64,000 bases of DNA, from NCBI RefSeq assembly GCF_964355755.1, contig NC_092672.1, positions 31,068,437-31,132,436 on the forward strand, written 5' to 3'. Below are positions 50,846 through 64,000 of the stretch, piece after piece (position 1 is the first letter of the stretch; each line of letters starts with the position of its first letter). A model generated the notes under the pieces. The model had not been told where the DNA came from. It saw nothing but the letters and a program-made list of their open reading frames with translations, and made no database searches. Origin of the DNA: Antedon mediterranea (Eukaryota > Animalia > Echinodermata). The translations under genes were made by a program, and so were the position numbers.

Positions 50846-52633
50846 GGTATAATTCAATTGAAATTGAAAATTCCAGGCTGATCAGTATTTCATTTGAACT
50901 TTACAAATAAGGTACCCGTTAGAGTTTAAGTGTAAGATTGAAATTTCAGGGTAACAAACCGGCTACATTCTGATTGTTCAGGTGGGCCCAAGTTAGTTAT
51001 TCTCAAACCCAGTTTTTTAACCCGGCAAATCTAACTTTACATTGGCTGGTGAATCTATTTAAAACTTTATGAACCAAGTATTATCGGTACTGAGACTTTC
51101 AGTGGTATAATACTATTTTTTAATCGGTTTATATACTAAATATATCTGGGTTATACCGTACTCTTTATTTCCTGTATTTCATTTCATTAAAAAAATATTT
51201 ACATTATGAATTAATACAATATTACTTTTAAAGTTATAAAACATATATATCTATTTGTATAAATATCAAAACAGATATCATTTCAACAACAAAAAAGATG
51301 CGAAATACTTTACTTTTTGATTTCTCTATACCTCTCATATACCGATTTCAAGTGATTTATGTGAGATTTTTGTCCGTTAACTTTACAGTTATAAATATAC
51401 AGTTTTTCAATCGGTATCCATGATTATTTTTATGATTTTCAATACCAAAACATCCTTTCTTTACCCAAAGTCACCTTTCTTTTAAATAATACGGTATAAA
51501 TAATACGGTAAATAAATCTATTGTGACAGTTTTTAAGTTTCGTATTGATGGTTACTAAACTCTTGACAGGTCTATGTTTTTTATTGACTATTTACACACT
51601 GGATTATCAAATAATATAATGTTGACTCGGAGAGATATTGTCAAATAATGACTGTTTAGATCAAGTAAAGAATGTTTGTACTGTGTATTGTGATATTTTG
51701 TATAGTTTGTAAGATCATTTTAATCCAGACCTTTTTATTTGAATTGCCCCGAATTTTGAATTGAATTGAATTGAATTTATGAGTATAATAGTAGGCCTAC
51801 AATCTACCTCAATTTAACTAAACATTTAAAAACAATCTCAATGTCATGCAATGTCAACAAAATCTTGGATCCGCCTGAAACAGACAAGTTCTAATTTAAT
51901 CCATTAAAAGATTTTAAAAAATATATTAATGTTTTGTATTTCATTTACCCTCACGCACTCTTTGACCTCCCTCAGGTTTATTTCCAAAAAAATATTTTTG
52001 CCGCTTCACATTTTGTGAGGCAGGAGGGAATGACAACCTAATCACACGAATCCATCCACATGATCCATCGAATATAGTCAATTGAATTGCGTGTACGAAA
52101 ATATGTAGCGTTTTGTTGTGAGAGGTCCGTAAAGCCACACTCTAGATCTACTAGTAACCCCCTTAGTAATCCACCTTATAGGTCAATCTATAATATCACA
52201 TGGGGGTTACGAGTAGAGTCACAAAAACTTATGATGCAGCCGTATTTTGAAAATATGGAGATAATGCAATAATGTTGATCTCGGGAATAGGGAAAAATTG
52301 AGTGTTTTTGAGTTTATAAAATAAAGTTAGAATTCAAACAAATTATTTATTCGTACTGTTTTATTATTTGGCTATAATTTGCTTACCGGAAAAGTTTAGG
52401 GTGAGTTACTATTGTCAGGTGCCTAATTCAAGATTAGTAAAAGTAACCCACTACTCTAATAGTAACCCCCCCCCCCCCTTCTAATAGTAACCCATCCTAA
52501 AAACAATCAAAGAATATTAACCCAGGGTTACAATTAGAAGACTTACGGTACCCATACGTAGTTCAAGAATTTCAAAATTAAATTATAACCAAAAACTTAC
52601 CGGATTAGCTACTGATTAAATTTACAAAATTAC

Positions 52634-52835
52634 CTTTCTCGTCGATGATTAAAACGGCCTCAAATGATGAACGTCGGACCCCTTGGCCGCAGAACAGTCT
52701 AGTTTGTACGTTGAGCACGATTGCACCCGGCTTCTTCCCCACTTTTTCTAGACTGGATCCTCCCCGTATCCTGGGCAACAAATTCCCCGATGGACCCTCG
52801 CTACTCTTGGTTATACTGGGTGTACTCGCTAGAAT
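52634..52835 (-). other. Candidate leader exon of B2; diverged duplicate at 54973-55121
   Basis: gttag acceptor and AAG|gtaatt donor; 202 nt, open and in phase with the B2 acceptor but no ATG in that frame; the duplicate carries several indels. Confidence 0.4.
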
Positions 52836-55800
52836 CTAACTTATTCTCAATATTTAGTCAACTATAACTAGAAATTAAAAACAATCTCAATGCAAGATTC
52901 AAACTTTAACTTCTGAATCGATCATCAAACACCACGCGAAAACACACTTTGCGCTTAATTATCCATCCAAATACAGTAGCCTAAATTAAATTTGAATTGC
53001 GGCGATTCCTCACTGCTTTGGAATACTTATGAATTAATTACATCATAATTTTTGTAAATGGTCGACTCGTCGACTATGAACACACGAATGAGCAACAAGA
53101 ATAGTGTGAATGTACCATTATGTAGGGTAATTAATATACGAAATGTGCGTATCCTAATAAAACAACCTCCTTACAAAATGTCTCAAAACCTCGTTTATAT
53201 CTGAGTTTTCTCTATTATTTAGACAAAATCAGATATATTTCACTCATTAGATCGTAGTTTTCTAGCTTTATTTTAATCTAACAAATTAATTTAGATTACA
53301 AATGGATCGTTCCAATGGAAAGTACCGTCGCAGTGTTTTTCTCCAATTTTATCTTACTGATGGTACGCTCGCTTCGCTCGCGTACCATCTAGGTCGTGCC
53401 CACATGGTTCTCGAATACATAGTAATTTCAGCGTAAAAAAAACTGGCGATTTCAAATGTACGTACCGCAGGACTATAAAACATTTATTTATGTATTTATG
53501 TAGTCAACCAAAATTAGCACCGTGCGAATTACTTCCAAAAGAAAAACTTCTCACAAAATGAGTCCAAATGTTTGATTTAGACTCATTTAAACAAACCCAA
53601 TTTGTGTTTTGTATCTAACATTATTGAGGGTTGGGGGTTTTTTTTAATAGGCCTATAAATAATATAACACTAAATAGAGTAAAACATTTCCGATTTAATA
53701 ACTGTTAAAATTGTCACTGTCATAGTCGATTGAAATAGTAAAGTACATGTAACGATACATCACTACGACGTTTATATTTTTTTGTAATTATTAATTAATA
53801 CAAACGTTGAGAAGCAACTGTCAGTAATAAAGTATTATTATTATTATGTGTTTATAATCTAAAAGTAGGGGCTACCCACACTCACAGTGATAAAGTTTAT
53901 TAGTATATTTGTTTATATTATAATAAACAGTACCAACACACACAGAAATATGCGATTCAAATAATGGCTATCAAAAGTGGTTAATACCTATTTACATTAA
54001 TTGTTTAGCTTTACAATACTACTGTATTTATGTTTATTCTCAAAGGGCCCATAAATTGACCTACTTGTGTTAAATCATGGAGGTATGCAAGCATGGTTAA
54101 ACCAAATAATTTGGAATGTTCCATTCATCGCAAATCAATACATTTGTATAAACGTATATTAAATCTATCAAAATAGTATTTTTTAAAGAAAATCGGCCTG
54201 TCTTCAACATTATGATACTGTACTCGAGCTGTTCAACCGGTTTTCAGCTATTAAAAACAATTATCGTAGGAGGAGATAGGAAAATGCGAAGTATCCTCGT
54301 ATTATGATGTACAGGTATTTTTCATGAGGACATCCATTAGACAGTGTATACCACGATCGAAAAACACCCTAATTGGGGCAAATCGTTGAACCTAAATTCG
54401 TTTTAATTGTCAATAACTAATTATCTAACTAAATCTAATTAGTAAACAGGGTTACATCAGGTGGTTAAAATCAGTACCGAGATTATAACCAACTTTATAT
54501 ACCATCGAGTAAACATTCTAGAAATAACGCGCGATTTACCGAATTTTGCCCTTACGTAAATTTATATATAGATTTCTAAATTAATAGTGTTATGAAATGA
54601 CTTATACTTGCCGCTGAAATAATCCATTTTGTAATCTATAGCCTATTTTAAAGATTTATTTTAATTTGGTGATGGAAACAAAATATGCTTTCGATTTTTT
54701 AAGTGGGGGGTCTGTGGTGTATCCTTATTTTTAAATAGGAGATGGTGGCTTAGACACCAAACATTTGAGATAAAGTCGACTACGACCCGAGTCGCTATTG
54801 TATTTTTGTGAGGGTTCCTAATGATCACTTTTGGTTGGATGGACCACCCTCGTAAAATATTGTTGAAATAAATTAATTATAGCAGCTTAGGTGTATTTTA
54901 TGAAATTTCTAAATCTACGGTTGATCTCCTACTGTATGTGAAATTCGCTACTGATTATATTTACAAAATTACCCTTCTCGTCGTCGATGATTAAAACGCT
55001 AAAATGCTAAGTTCGTGTCTGGAGCACGAATTAGCCCGGCTTCATCCTCACTTTAGACTGGTCACCTGGGCAAATATTCCCCGATGGACTCTCGCCACTC
55101 TTGGTTATACCGGGCTAGAATCTAACTTATTCTCAATATCTAGTCGAACTAACCAGAAATTTAAAAACAATCTCAATGATGACATAATAAATAAACTTAC
55201 CGTGGCCTTAATAATAAAGACAATGTTCTGTAAGCTTTCACTTCAGTAAATTTCATTTAAATAAACAACGCAACAGTAGGCATTGCCTTGCCAGTTGAAA
55301 ATCTACACGGTACATTTTTTTTATTTACACAGAAAATTATGATTGCGTAAAATATTATGCATTAAAATAATATTTAGCCCGATTAGGCGGAATGTCCGCT
55401 TTAATGTTCGGCCTGCTTTGTTGTGAGAGGTATAAAGGCCTACCCATCGTTGTCCAAGAATCTCAAAATGGAATGATAAACAAAAACTTATCGTTATATA
55501 GGCCTTAATAAAAAAAAAATGTTCTATTTAGTAATAATTAGCTATCACTTCAAGTAAACTGCTACACCAAAAAGCAAGCGCGGGTACAGCTCGAATGAAA
55601 GTTATTCAACGTCACGTCTCTCAATGGCCGGATGATGTACCATTATATTTTTAGGGTAACCAATGTACGAAATGTGCGTATCTTATTAAGCCAAAGCCTA
55701 CATACAAAATGTCTGAAACCATCGCAGCCTTGTTTATATTCGAGTTTTCTCTATATTTAGACAAATCAGATATATCTCACTTATTAGATCGTAGTTTTAT

Positions 55801-56779
55801 TATTATAATCAAACAATTTATATTACAAAATGGATCATTCCACTTACCCGGAAGAGAAATGACGTTAATTGTTAATGTTCTATTTATAACTCTACCAAAG
55901 ATCGATATTATAACAACACTACTTTATTGATAAACCACAGAAACGGTAACAACGTTTTTTTCATGGATTTTAAGTGGTGAAAAAAAATAAAAAATAAATA
56001 AACAACCAAACATATTACTGTACCACCACAAATCAAGACATTTACCTGAACAGGAGACTGCAAGAATATTCAACCAGATTCAACTAAGTCACTGTTCTTC
56101 AGTCTTTTGATTCACGAACATTAAAATCATTATAAGATGGTGCTTACTATTTTCACTCCGGAAAATATAATTATTTTTAAAACAAAATTTGCAACCTGTC
56201 CCAGGTAGGTTTATCGAAATTCGATTCATGATTTCTGTTTTAAAATCAACTCATTTCAAATTCAGAGTTCATGAAAATTAATGGAAGAATGAAAGCCATA
56301 CAGTTGCATCTCCGTTCTGAAGCCTTTTCTACACTATCAAACATTATGTGACAAACAAAAAATGGGATGTGCCTACATATGGACACGATGATGTCATATC
56401 ACCATATTCAAGCATATCACTACCATATTTGGGCACATCAGTTTTTTTTTTTACTATTTTTATAGTATAGACAGAGCTTTACGTGCTGTGCACACATTCA
56501 TTAACAAATTATAAAATATTTTTTCATTCATGTTTGTGAAAAAACAATAAATACTGTATTTCAAGAATTATTTTGTTCATTATTTTGAATTAATTTGTTA
56601 AAAAGTGTTATTGCTTGCTACACTGAAAATGTGTAGCAGAAATATTTCTGCATTGGTTAAAATAAAGGTGTCAGCTGTATAGGTGTCAGCTTTACAGATG
56701 TCATATTTACAGGTGTCATTTCAATGCTAGATACATTATTTGAAAATAAGTGTTGCAGACTTCAACAGAGTTTGGATTT

Positions 56780-56940
56780 CTATTCTTTGTCCGGTGTCAT
56801 TTTATGTCGGGAACTTTTTGGAGATTTCATCTTTTTTATTTTCTTTTGGTGGTTAATTTTTACAAGTAGAAATATTGGTTCGAGACGAGTATCTAAAAAG
56901 GCGGGCATTGTCACATCTTCTATCATAATCACATATTCAC
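56780..56940 (-). CDS. Unidentified multi-exon gene, last coding exon
   Basis: ttttttccag acceptor; (G)EYVIMIEDVTMPAFLDTRLEPIFLLVKINHQKKIKKMKSPKSSRHKMTPDKE-stop; phase matches the previous exon. Confidence 0.8.
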
Positions 56941-58829
56941 CTGGAAAAAAAGACAAAGTTTGATAAATATTATAAACAATATTAATTTTACTGTAATGAT
57001 CCTTGGAATTAATGTTATCTTGATTGCTTTTTTAAGATATATTGTCCCCTAAAAAATTTTTTTTTTCTTTTAATTTGTTGTTGAATATGCCATTTAATGG
57101 CACATAATAGTTATTCACTTTGACCAAAAACTGGATCGAAAAAAAATTTTACCTGAAAAAAAATTAACTCAAAGCAAAAAATACTTCAATTGTCTGTCAG
57201 ACAATCGTTTTTTGTTAAACCGTTTTGTTTGTCGACTCTACAGCTCACTATGTCGGTCGGTTGGTCGGTAAACACTAATTCAAATTTGAGCACGAGACTG
57301 CAGCCATGTATATGGCCTTGTTATAAGTGAAATCATTATTTGTTTTGGTTTTTTTTTTACAGAAGTGAATAACTTACAATACATCTTTAAAAGACCCAAT
57401 AATAATGATTCATTTTAACCCTGTATATATATTTGATATTTCTAATACATTCATCAAGTTTGGCCTTGATGACCTTCTCAAGGGCCATTAAATATTCAGT
57501 TTCAACTTTTAGGTTTTATGTGTTAAAAATGTGTGAATAAGATTAAAGATATATTGTCCTGAAAAAATAATTTTTGTATTTTTTTGCTGTTGAATATGCC
57601 ATTTTAATTTCACATATTAGTTATTGACTTCGACCAAAAACTGGATTGAAAAAAAAATGATTTAACTAAAAAATTTGTAATTTAAAGCGAGTTTTTTGGC
57701 TTTTTATAAGTAAAATCATGGCTTTTCCCTCATTGTTTTTCTTATGGAAGTAAATTATTTCATTAAAACTGCAAAATGGTCTATTCCAATATTTATTTTT
57801 TACAATTGATTTTATAATGTGTATTTATCAGTTTTAGTTAGTTTTCCAGTATAGGCTTCAGTTGATGTTATATATTTGTTATAAGATATATTGGTTTTTT
57901 TTTATATATTTTTGAATATGCCATTTTAATGTCACATAATAGTTATCCACTTTGACCAAAAATTGGCTAAAAAAAATTACCTGAAAAAACCTCTAATTTA
58001 AAGCGAAAAATAGTCAAATTGGCTGCCAGTCAATGGGTTTTTGGTTGAATTTAACCGTTTATTTTGTCATTTTATTTATCACATTTTAAGTAAAAAAATC
58101 TTTGCTACAGAAGTGATTAACTTTGTTAAAACTACAAAATGGCCTATTCAAGGTTTGATTATTGTTATTGGTATTATTGTTCTTAATTTTTCATGTTTTT
58201 GGACAATACATAACTGTTATATTTTTGGTAAACTGAGACTCATAATCAGAATTTCAGCGGCTGTTGAACTTTAAGTGTCTTTTCTGAATAAACAAATAAG
58301 GATGCACTCTTTCACCTCTACATGCAAATACACAGGCATAAATTATAGAGGGCGCCATGTCATCATATGTGAATATGTGGAAATGGGTTTTGTCAATGGT
58401 TTTTCTTAATTTTTTCTTTATAATAGTGAGAAAAGATTAGATTCAAGTTAATGGTAATTCTTTAAAATAATGTCTTAATAGTAATATGGAAAATAATGCA
58501 GACAGGAATATATGTAATTTTAGAACAAAATACATAACGTGTAAGCTTGATCAAAATTTAATAGTATGTTATGGTACAACAAAAAAAAACATTTCAAAAG
58601 TATGGGGAAGGTCATGCAGAAGTCAATCTTTGGATAAAAACTGTAAACAATGATGATATAGTTGTAGTAAGTGGAATGACTTATGTCACCATCCAGCTTA
58701 AATTAAAACCATAATCTGTTTTCTTCATGACAAAAACAGGTTGGCATTTACATGACAATAATATGTAGATTAACACCGAAATTGTTTTTTCGGTATACTG
58801 TATTATGTAAGACGTTGCAAACGCTATAC

Positions 58830-58928
58830 CTGGTCTTGCGAATCTCTCGTCTCCGTATCGTCGTTCTCGTTTGACTTGCTGCGTCTTTGGATCAAGTTTA
58901 GCAGTAATCAATGAATCAGGTATTTCAT
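58830..58928 (-). CDS. Unidentified gene, internal exon
   Basis: tttgtag acceptor, CAG|gtatag donor; (D)EIPDSLITAKLDPKTQQVKRERRYGDERFARP, phase 1-1. Confidence 0.8.
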
Positions 58929-60418
58929 CTACAAAGTTTAAAAAATTCAAATAGTAATGGATAATAATAATATCAATTTTTAAATAGGTATTGTTCCAGA
59001 ATCTGAAGTTTATAATGCAGGCAGAAGAATTTATTATGCAAATTTGTGATGCATCAGTGATTTTGACTTTTAGCACAATCAGAATATACAGCTCTGCAGT
59101 ATAGAAAAATATAATACCGAATGCAGTATTGACAAGGAATTCATTTTAAACACAAGGCAACTGTGTCTTCACACCTTGATGTTTAACGCTTGGATTAACA
59201 TACACCTGAAGTTAGATAAGAAACCTCAACACTGCACATCTGAACATGGCATAAATAAAGTAGCAAGTTTAAGTAAATTACATACAAGCTTAGCTTACCC
59301 ACTTAAATCCAGCTTAAAGAAAACATAAACATTATAAACAAAATTGTAATATTAATTTTAGATTAAGCAAAGCAAAATACATAGGTGCTGCGAATGAAAT
59401 AAAACCAGTTTATAAATCTCTTTGAAACCAGATATGATGCTAATAGAGTTACATGTAAAAGAGCATAAACAAGTAGTTTGTTTGCTATCAACATCCATTT
59501 TGTTTTTCTTTTTTTTTAAAGTCCTTTTATTAATTTTTTTTCCCTTTCAAATATGCATTTATTTTAATGAAGACAATTACCAAGATACTTAAACTTAACC
59601 AACTTAGTTCTTTGTCATGCTCTCCACCATAGGTTGTCTGTAAAATCATTTATTGGTCAATAATTGTCTTAAATTGTTTCTTTTCAAAAATATGCATTTC
59701 ATTTAATGAAGACAATAAAAATGCAAAGATAAAATTCTTAAACTTAACCAATTTTTTCATGCCACACCATTTAAAGGTTGTCAGTAATTGTTTTAAATTG
59801 TTTCTCTTCAAAATTGATACCAGATAGCAAACACAACCTTTTTGTAAGTATTAATATGACATTATAACAAGGATGGTACACTATACAACATAGCGCTAGT
59901 GTTAATAGTATTAGCAATAATGGTTTGACTATGAAGCAATGAAGCATATCAAACATCTGCACATGCTCATAAACCTATCGCAGTTGTGATAGCTTCAGTC
60001 TATGCCGAATTAAATTAGGATAGTTTCTAACTTTCACAACATCGACAGTAATAGTATTAGTTTTGAAAAAAAACAATTATTAAAATAATTAAAAACAAAA
60101 AAATAATTTGGAATGTGTATATTTCTCAATAAAAAGTATTAGAATAAAAATAGAAAATAAAATCTGGCTCACAACAGGTAATAATTAGTAAACCCCAAAT
60201 TATTATTCTTCAAATTTGTATAACATCCTTAGCAATTTGATACATGTATGTGGAACAATAGAACTGCAATTGATGTTAATGTGTTAAATTCATAAAATAA
60301 ATTAATAAAACTCAAATTATTAATGAACCTCAAATTATTAATAAACATCAAATTATTATTCATTAAATCATGTTTCTATTTTTGAAAAAAATTGTTTTTC
60401 AACGTGTAATCTTTTCAC

Positions 60419-60572
60419 CTGCATTTTTTCCAAGTTTGGCTCCCAGTCCAAGCTGGCCTGCCAATCGACCAGTTTTCTGATTCCGTAGTTTGTTTCGTGC
60501 CTCCTCATCGAGGATGGCATCCAGAACTTGGAAAGGCCTGTAACCCTGTGGCGCACCTGGTAAGATGACAGA
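60419..60572 (-). CDS. Unidentified gene, internal exon
   Basis: ttcttccag acceptor, CAG|gtgaaa donor; SVILPGAPQGYRPFQVLDAILDEEARNKLRNQKTGRLAGQLGLGAKLGKNA. Confidence 0.75.
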
Positions 60573-62280
60573 CTGGAAGAATGGTGGAAAATTTAGGTAA
60601 ATAACCCCCATTTTTACCTGTATACTAATAAGACGTTACTGGTATCTCAGTTGAACAAATTATTTACGCACCATTTGTGCAATATAGTTTTGTAGTTTTA
60701 GTTTTATCTTTGTCAGAAGGTGTAAATTGTTATTACATTTGGAGGGGGAACCACTAAGGATGTAAATCCCTTTTTGAAGATATGTAGGTCTATCCCTGGT
60801 ACCATACATAGGATATCCTGCATCTCATTTTTGTCTTTTAAATTGAAATTGTATATATTTTTAAATCTTGTTACAAAAATTGTGTATGTTTTTAATGAGA
60901 TGCAAATAAACCAAATACAAAATGATTGCTTTTTTTGTCTGTATTTGTTAACTTTGTATGGTATTGAAATAATCAAATCAAAATGTTAAGACATTTAATC
61001 ACTTAAATAACTGTATAAAAATGATTTCAATTTTGATTACTGTTAGTTATTTGAATTAATATTATGTCTAATATAAACAAAGAGGAGGGGAAACCTTTCA
61101 ACAGCCTGGCATATCTTTATTCAATCTATTTAGTGTTACAGTCCAAATGTATTTTTTTGCATTTCATTTGATTTGTCAAATAGTATGTTAATAGGGATAA
61201 GGAAACTCTATCTAAGAAAAATCTACAAGAAATATAATCCATGTGTTAAGCACAGTTCCTACATTACGCAATGCAAAGATATACACAAGTAACTTGGCCA
61301 ATCACAGTCTGGTTGATTTGTTGCTTGTGATTGGTAAAATTACTTGCATTGCGTGTACATCCTTGTATTGCGTTCTAAGAGAACCAAGCTTTTAGAAAAG
61401 ATGCTAATAATATTTCTGAAATGAAATAAAAACTATAATATGTTAAGAATGTTTCCAAATGCCTATAGTATAAGTTAAATATCACAACAAATATTTCCAT
61501 CAATCTATTTTGAAGTGGAATAAATTTAGAATGAGATAGATATCAGTAGTATAGATGTAATTTAGAAACATACATTCAGTCTATTCAACAAGGAAAGAGT
61601 GAAATTTCACTCTTCTCTGATTGAACTAAAAAACAAAGCATCTATTGCAATATGTTTGTATTGTGATATTTGCATATTCAATGATATAAATCTACAAAAA
61701 AATAAATGTGATTTACGGTGTGCATTGAAAGTATACTGTATGTGAAATAAATACATGATATAAGAAATATAGTACAATCTGACTAGAATAATATGTGATA
61801 TGAAGAATGCATCAAAATGATTAGCAATGATCGATTCACACATACACAAAAATTTACAAATGTAACAAACTCATGCAATTATTCTGGACAGTACAGAGTC
61901 TTCGCACAAGCAAAAAAGTACTGTGAATAGAGTTCTGTGCTTTGCTCTAAGAAACTCATTAGTTATGCATGACTAAGCAACAATCAAAACTGTTCAACGA
62001 ATCAGGTGCAAGCTTATTGTGTTTGTACTGTACATCATTATTATGCACTCTGGGAGGTTTTTGAAATAAAAACGTTTTTGATGTTCAATGTAACGTTCAC
62101 ATGCATGTATTCATAAAACATTTGTTTCGTATGTGTGAATCAGATAACTAGCTTCAGACAAACTATTTTGACTACTGCTGTACAGCTATTTCAAGCTTTG
62201 AATACAAAAGTAATGATGTCTATATAAGTATATATAATTGAAAGATATTATAGGTGATCTATAGGCTACAGGTGCAGCAC

Positions 62281-62464
62281 CTTCTGGTTGAGCCCTGGAG
62301 GATCTCCTCTGCTTTGTCTGTGCACCTTCATAAGGTGCCAGCTGTGGCTTCACCGCTGCCTTCTGCTTGCCTGGAGAACTCATTGCTTTTTGTTTACGGT
62401 CTTCCTCAGCATCCAGGACAATAAAAGGAAGGTAACCTGGTGGATGTCTAGGCAGCACTAGGTT
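62281..62464 (-). CDS. Unidentified gene, internal exon paralogous to the 60.5-kb exon
   Basis: ctgtcag acceptor; NLVLPRHPPGYLPFIVLDAEEDRKQKAMSSPGK...RAQPE; donor AAG|gtgctg is weak, so the 3' boundary is uncertain. Confidence 0.65.
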
Positions 62465-63379
62465 CTGACAGTTTTAGAATGATATTGTAAATTAAATATA
62501 TAATAATAATAATGGTAATCTTATACAGCACCTAATTCAATGTTTCTAAGTGTTTTACACACAAAAATAATCCATAAAATATCCTAAGATAACCAAAAAA
62601 TGAAGAAAACCAAAGAAACCGTTTACAGCGATGTTCTCCAGCACTTTGAAGCTCCCATATAAGAGCTCACTAGAACAGTATTCACAGGAGCTCAAGTGAA
62701 AAAAGCATCTGTCTATCCTATCCTCATGTACCAAAATCTCCTGTATTTAAAATGATTAAAGCTGATGCGGCAGACTTTTACTTAAAAAATTTAGTTTATG
62801 GCAGCTGAACAACACAAAGGAACCTTTAGAGAAATGAAAGTTGTCGTATGTTTCATCCACACCTAAACGTAAAGGTATGCATTATCATCCTCAACATTAA
62901 CTGGAATTCAGGTAGGCTGCATGCATCACACATGGTAATCCCTCACATTTACATACATTATAGGAGATACATATAATTTCTATGGTTGTAGACTAGCAGA
63001 CTATAAGCTAAAGTTCAGTAGCCATTACTGTTCATAAATATATCTGTAGTATTCCATATACAATGATGTAGCCACAAGAAATAGTGGTAGTGGTTCAAGC
63101 CACTTGGTTGTCAAGGCCTCTGTGAAAAAGTGGTCCGGAACTGGTGGCCAGGGCTGTGATGTATTGTAAGATAGTTGTTACTACATATAAATAATACAAA
63201 GTAATAGAATATGTGCATCCGATGCATTGATATTGAGATATTCAAGGAACACCTAAGTCCTAGATACATCCTTAAACGGACATGATCAAGAGGTTTTTTC
63301 CATTTGCCACTTATCACTTTTTCCTTCTCAAAAAGCAAAACAAAATTCTAACACTAGTAAAACTTTCCTAAACTTTTAC

Positions 63380-63495
63380 CTTAAATGAAGCTTTTCCATT
63401 TTCTGTTCTTTGATTATTGACAGGTGGTGGTACAGATGTTTCTAGTATTCCATCCTCATTTGCATATTTTCCAGGTGATGAAATACTGTCTTGAC
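63380..63495 (-). CDS. Unidentified gene, internal exon
   Basis: ttttttag acceptor, AAG|gtaaaa donor; (G)QDSISSPGKYANEDGILETSVPPPVNNQRTENGKASFK, phase 1-0. Confidence 0.7.
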
Positions 63496-63806
63496 CTAAA
63501 AAATTAATAAATTGCAAATTAGGGTAATTTTGAATATATCTACTGTAGCAGATAACCAGTGTTTAGAATACAGGTGTTCATTTGCATGTTTTCCATGTGA
63601 TGAATGCTATCTCCTGACCTAAACAATTTGTGATTTTAAATACTTAATTTAGCAAATTATCAGTGTTTACTTGTGTACAAGTGGCATACAGGTGTTATTA
63701 CCTCCTGATTAAATTATGGTTGTTTTAAATATTTACTTTAGCAGATTGTCAGGGTTTTTAGGTAACTTAATATAATTTTATAAATAATCCATATTTGGTA
63801 ATGTAC

Positions 63807-63938
63807 CTGTTACATCAGTTCCATTTTCATTCAGTACCACCGTTGCCATGGTTTCAGTAGCATCATTCACTGATGTGTCATTAGTTAGATCATTCATTCC
63901 TTCTTTATTGGTAATCTCTATTTTTGGCGGTACATCAA
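63807..63938 (-). CDS. Unidentified gene, internal exon; gene continues beyond the window
   Basis: tgtattag acceptor, CAG|gtacat donor; DVPPKIEITNKEGMNDLTNDTSVNDATETMATVVLNENGTDVT, phase 1-1. Confidence 0.65.
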
Positions 63939-64000
63939 CTAATACAATATAAAACATAAACAAACTTTGAAATAACTATTTTCTTTTCATATATATTTTT

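Noticed and set aside
57030-58150. Three similar blocks in an intron (also near 640-850 and 16260-16460)
   Set aside because: Decayed copies of a dispersed repeat, with no coding or splice signal
56780-63938. Gene symbol for the right-hand gene
   Set aside because: I do not recognise the peptide; a database search is needed

Overview
AT-rich eukaryotic genomic DNA with spliceosomal GT-AG introns, tRNA-derived SINEs, L2/CR1-type LINE remnants and many MITEs. An invertebrate animal is likely, but the taxon is only inferred. Left end: coding exons 1-2 of SSR3/TRAP-gamma (minus strand). Right end: the last six predicted exons of an unidentified minus-strand gene. Between them (about 5-56 kb) is a patchwork of tandem and segmental duplications holding seven minus-strand copies of a gene family I do not recognise. 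Five are type A, four of them in a 2.5-2.9 kb tandem array; two are shorter type B; relic flanks suggest further lost copies. All encode small acidic low-complexity proteins with a short hydrophobic N-terminal motif, a variable Ala/Gly/Glu repeat linker and a conserved tail NYCxPIQEVGE...LKFGIQETNTQ. Types A and B differ in that tail almost only at synonymous sites, which is good evidence for a real protein. The motifs resemble TRAF-binding sites of TNF-receptor tails, no ectodomain is visible, and one related upstream region has NF-kB/IRF/CRE-like sites. Best candidate for an undescribed system: an expanded family of ectodomain-less TRAF-recruiting adaptors or decoys. That function is inference; no searches were run.
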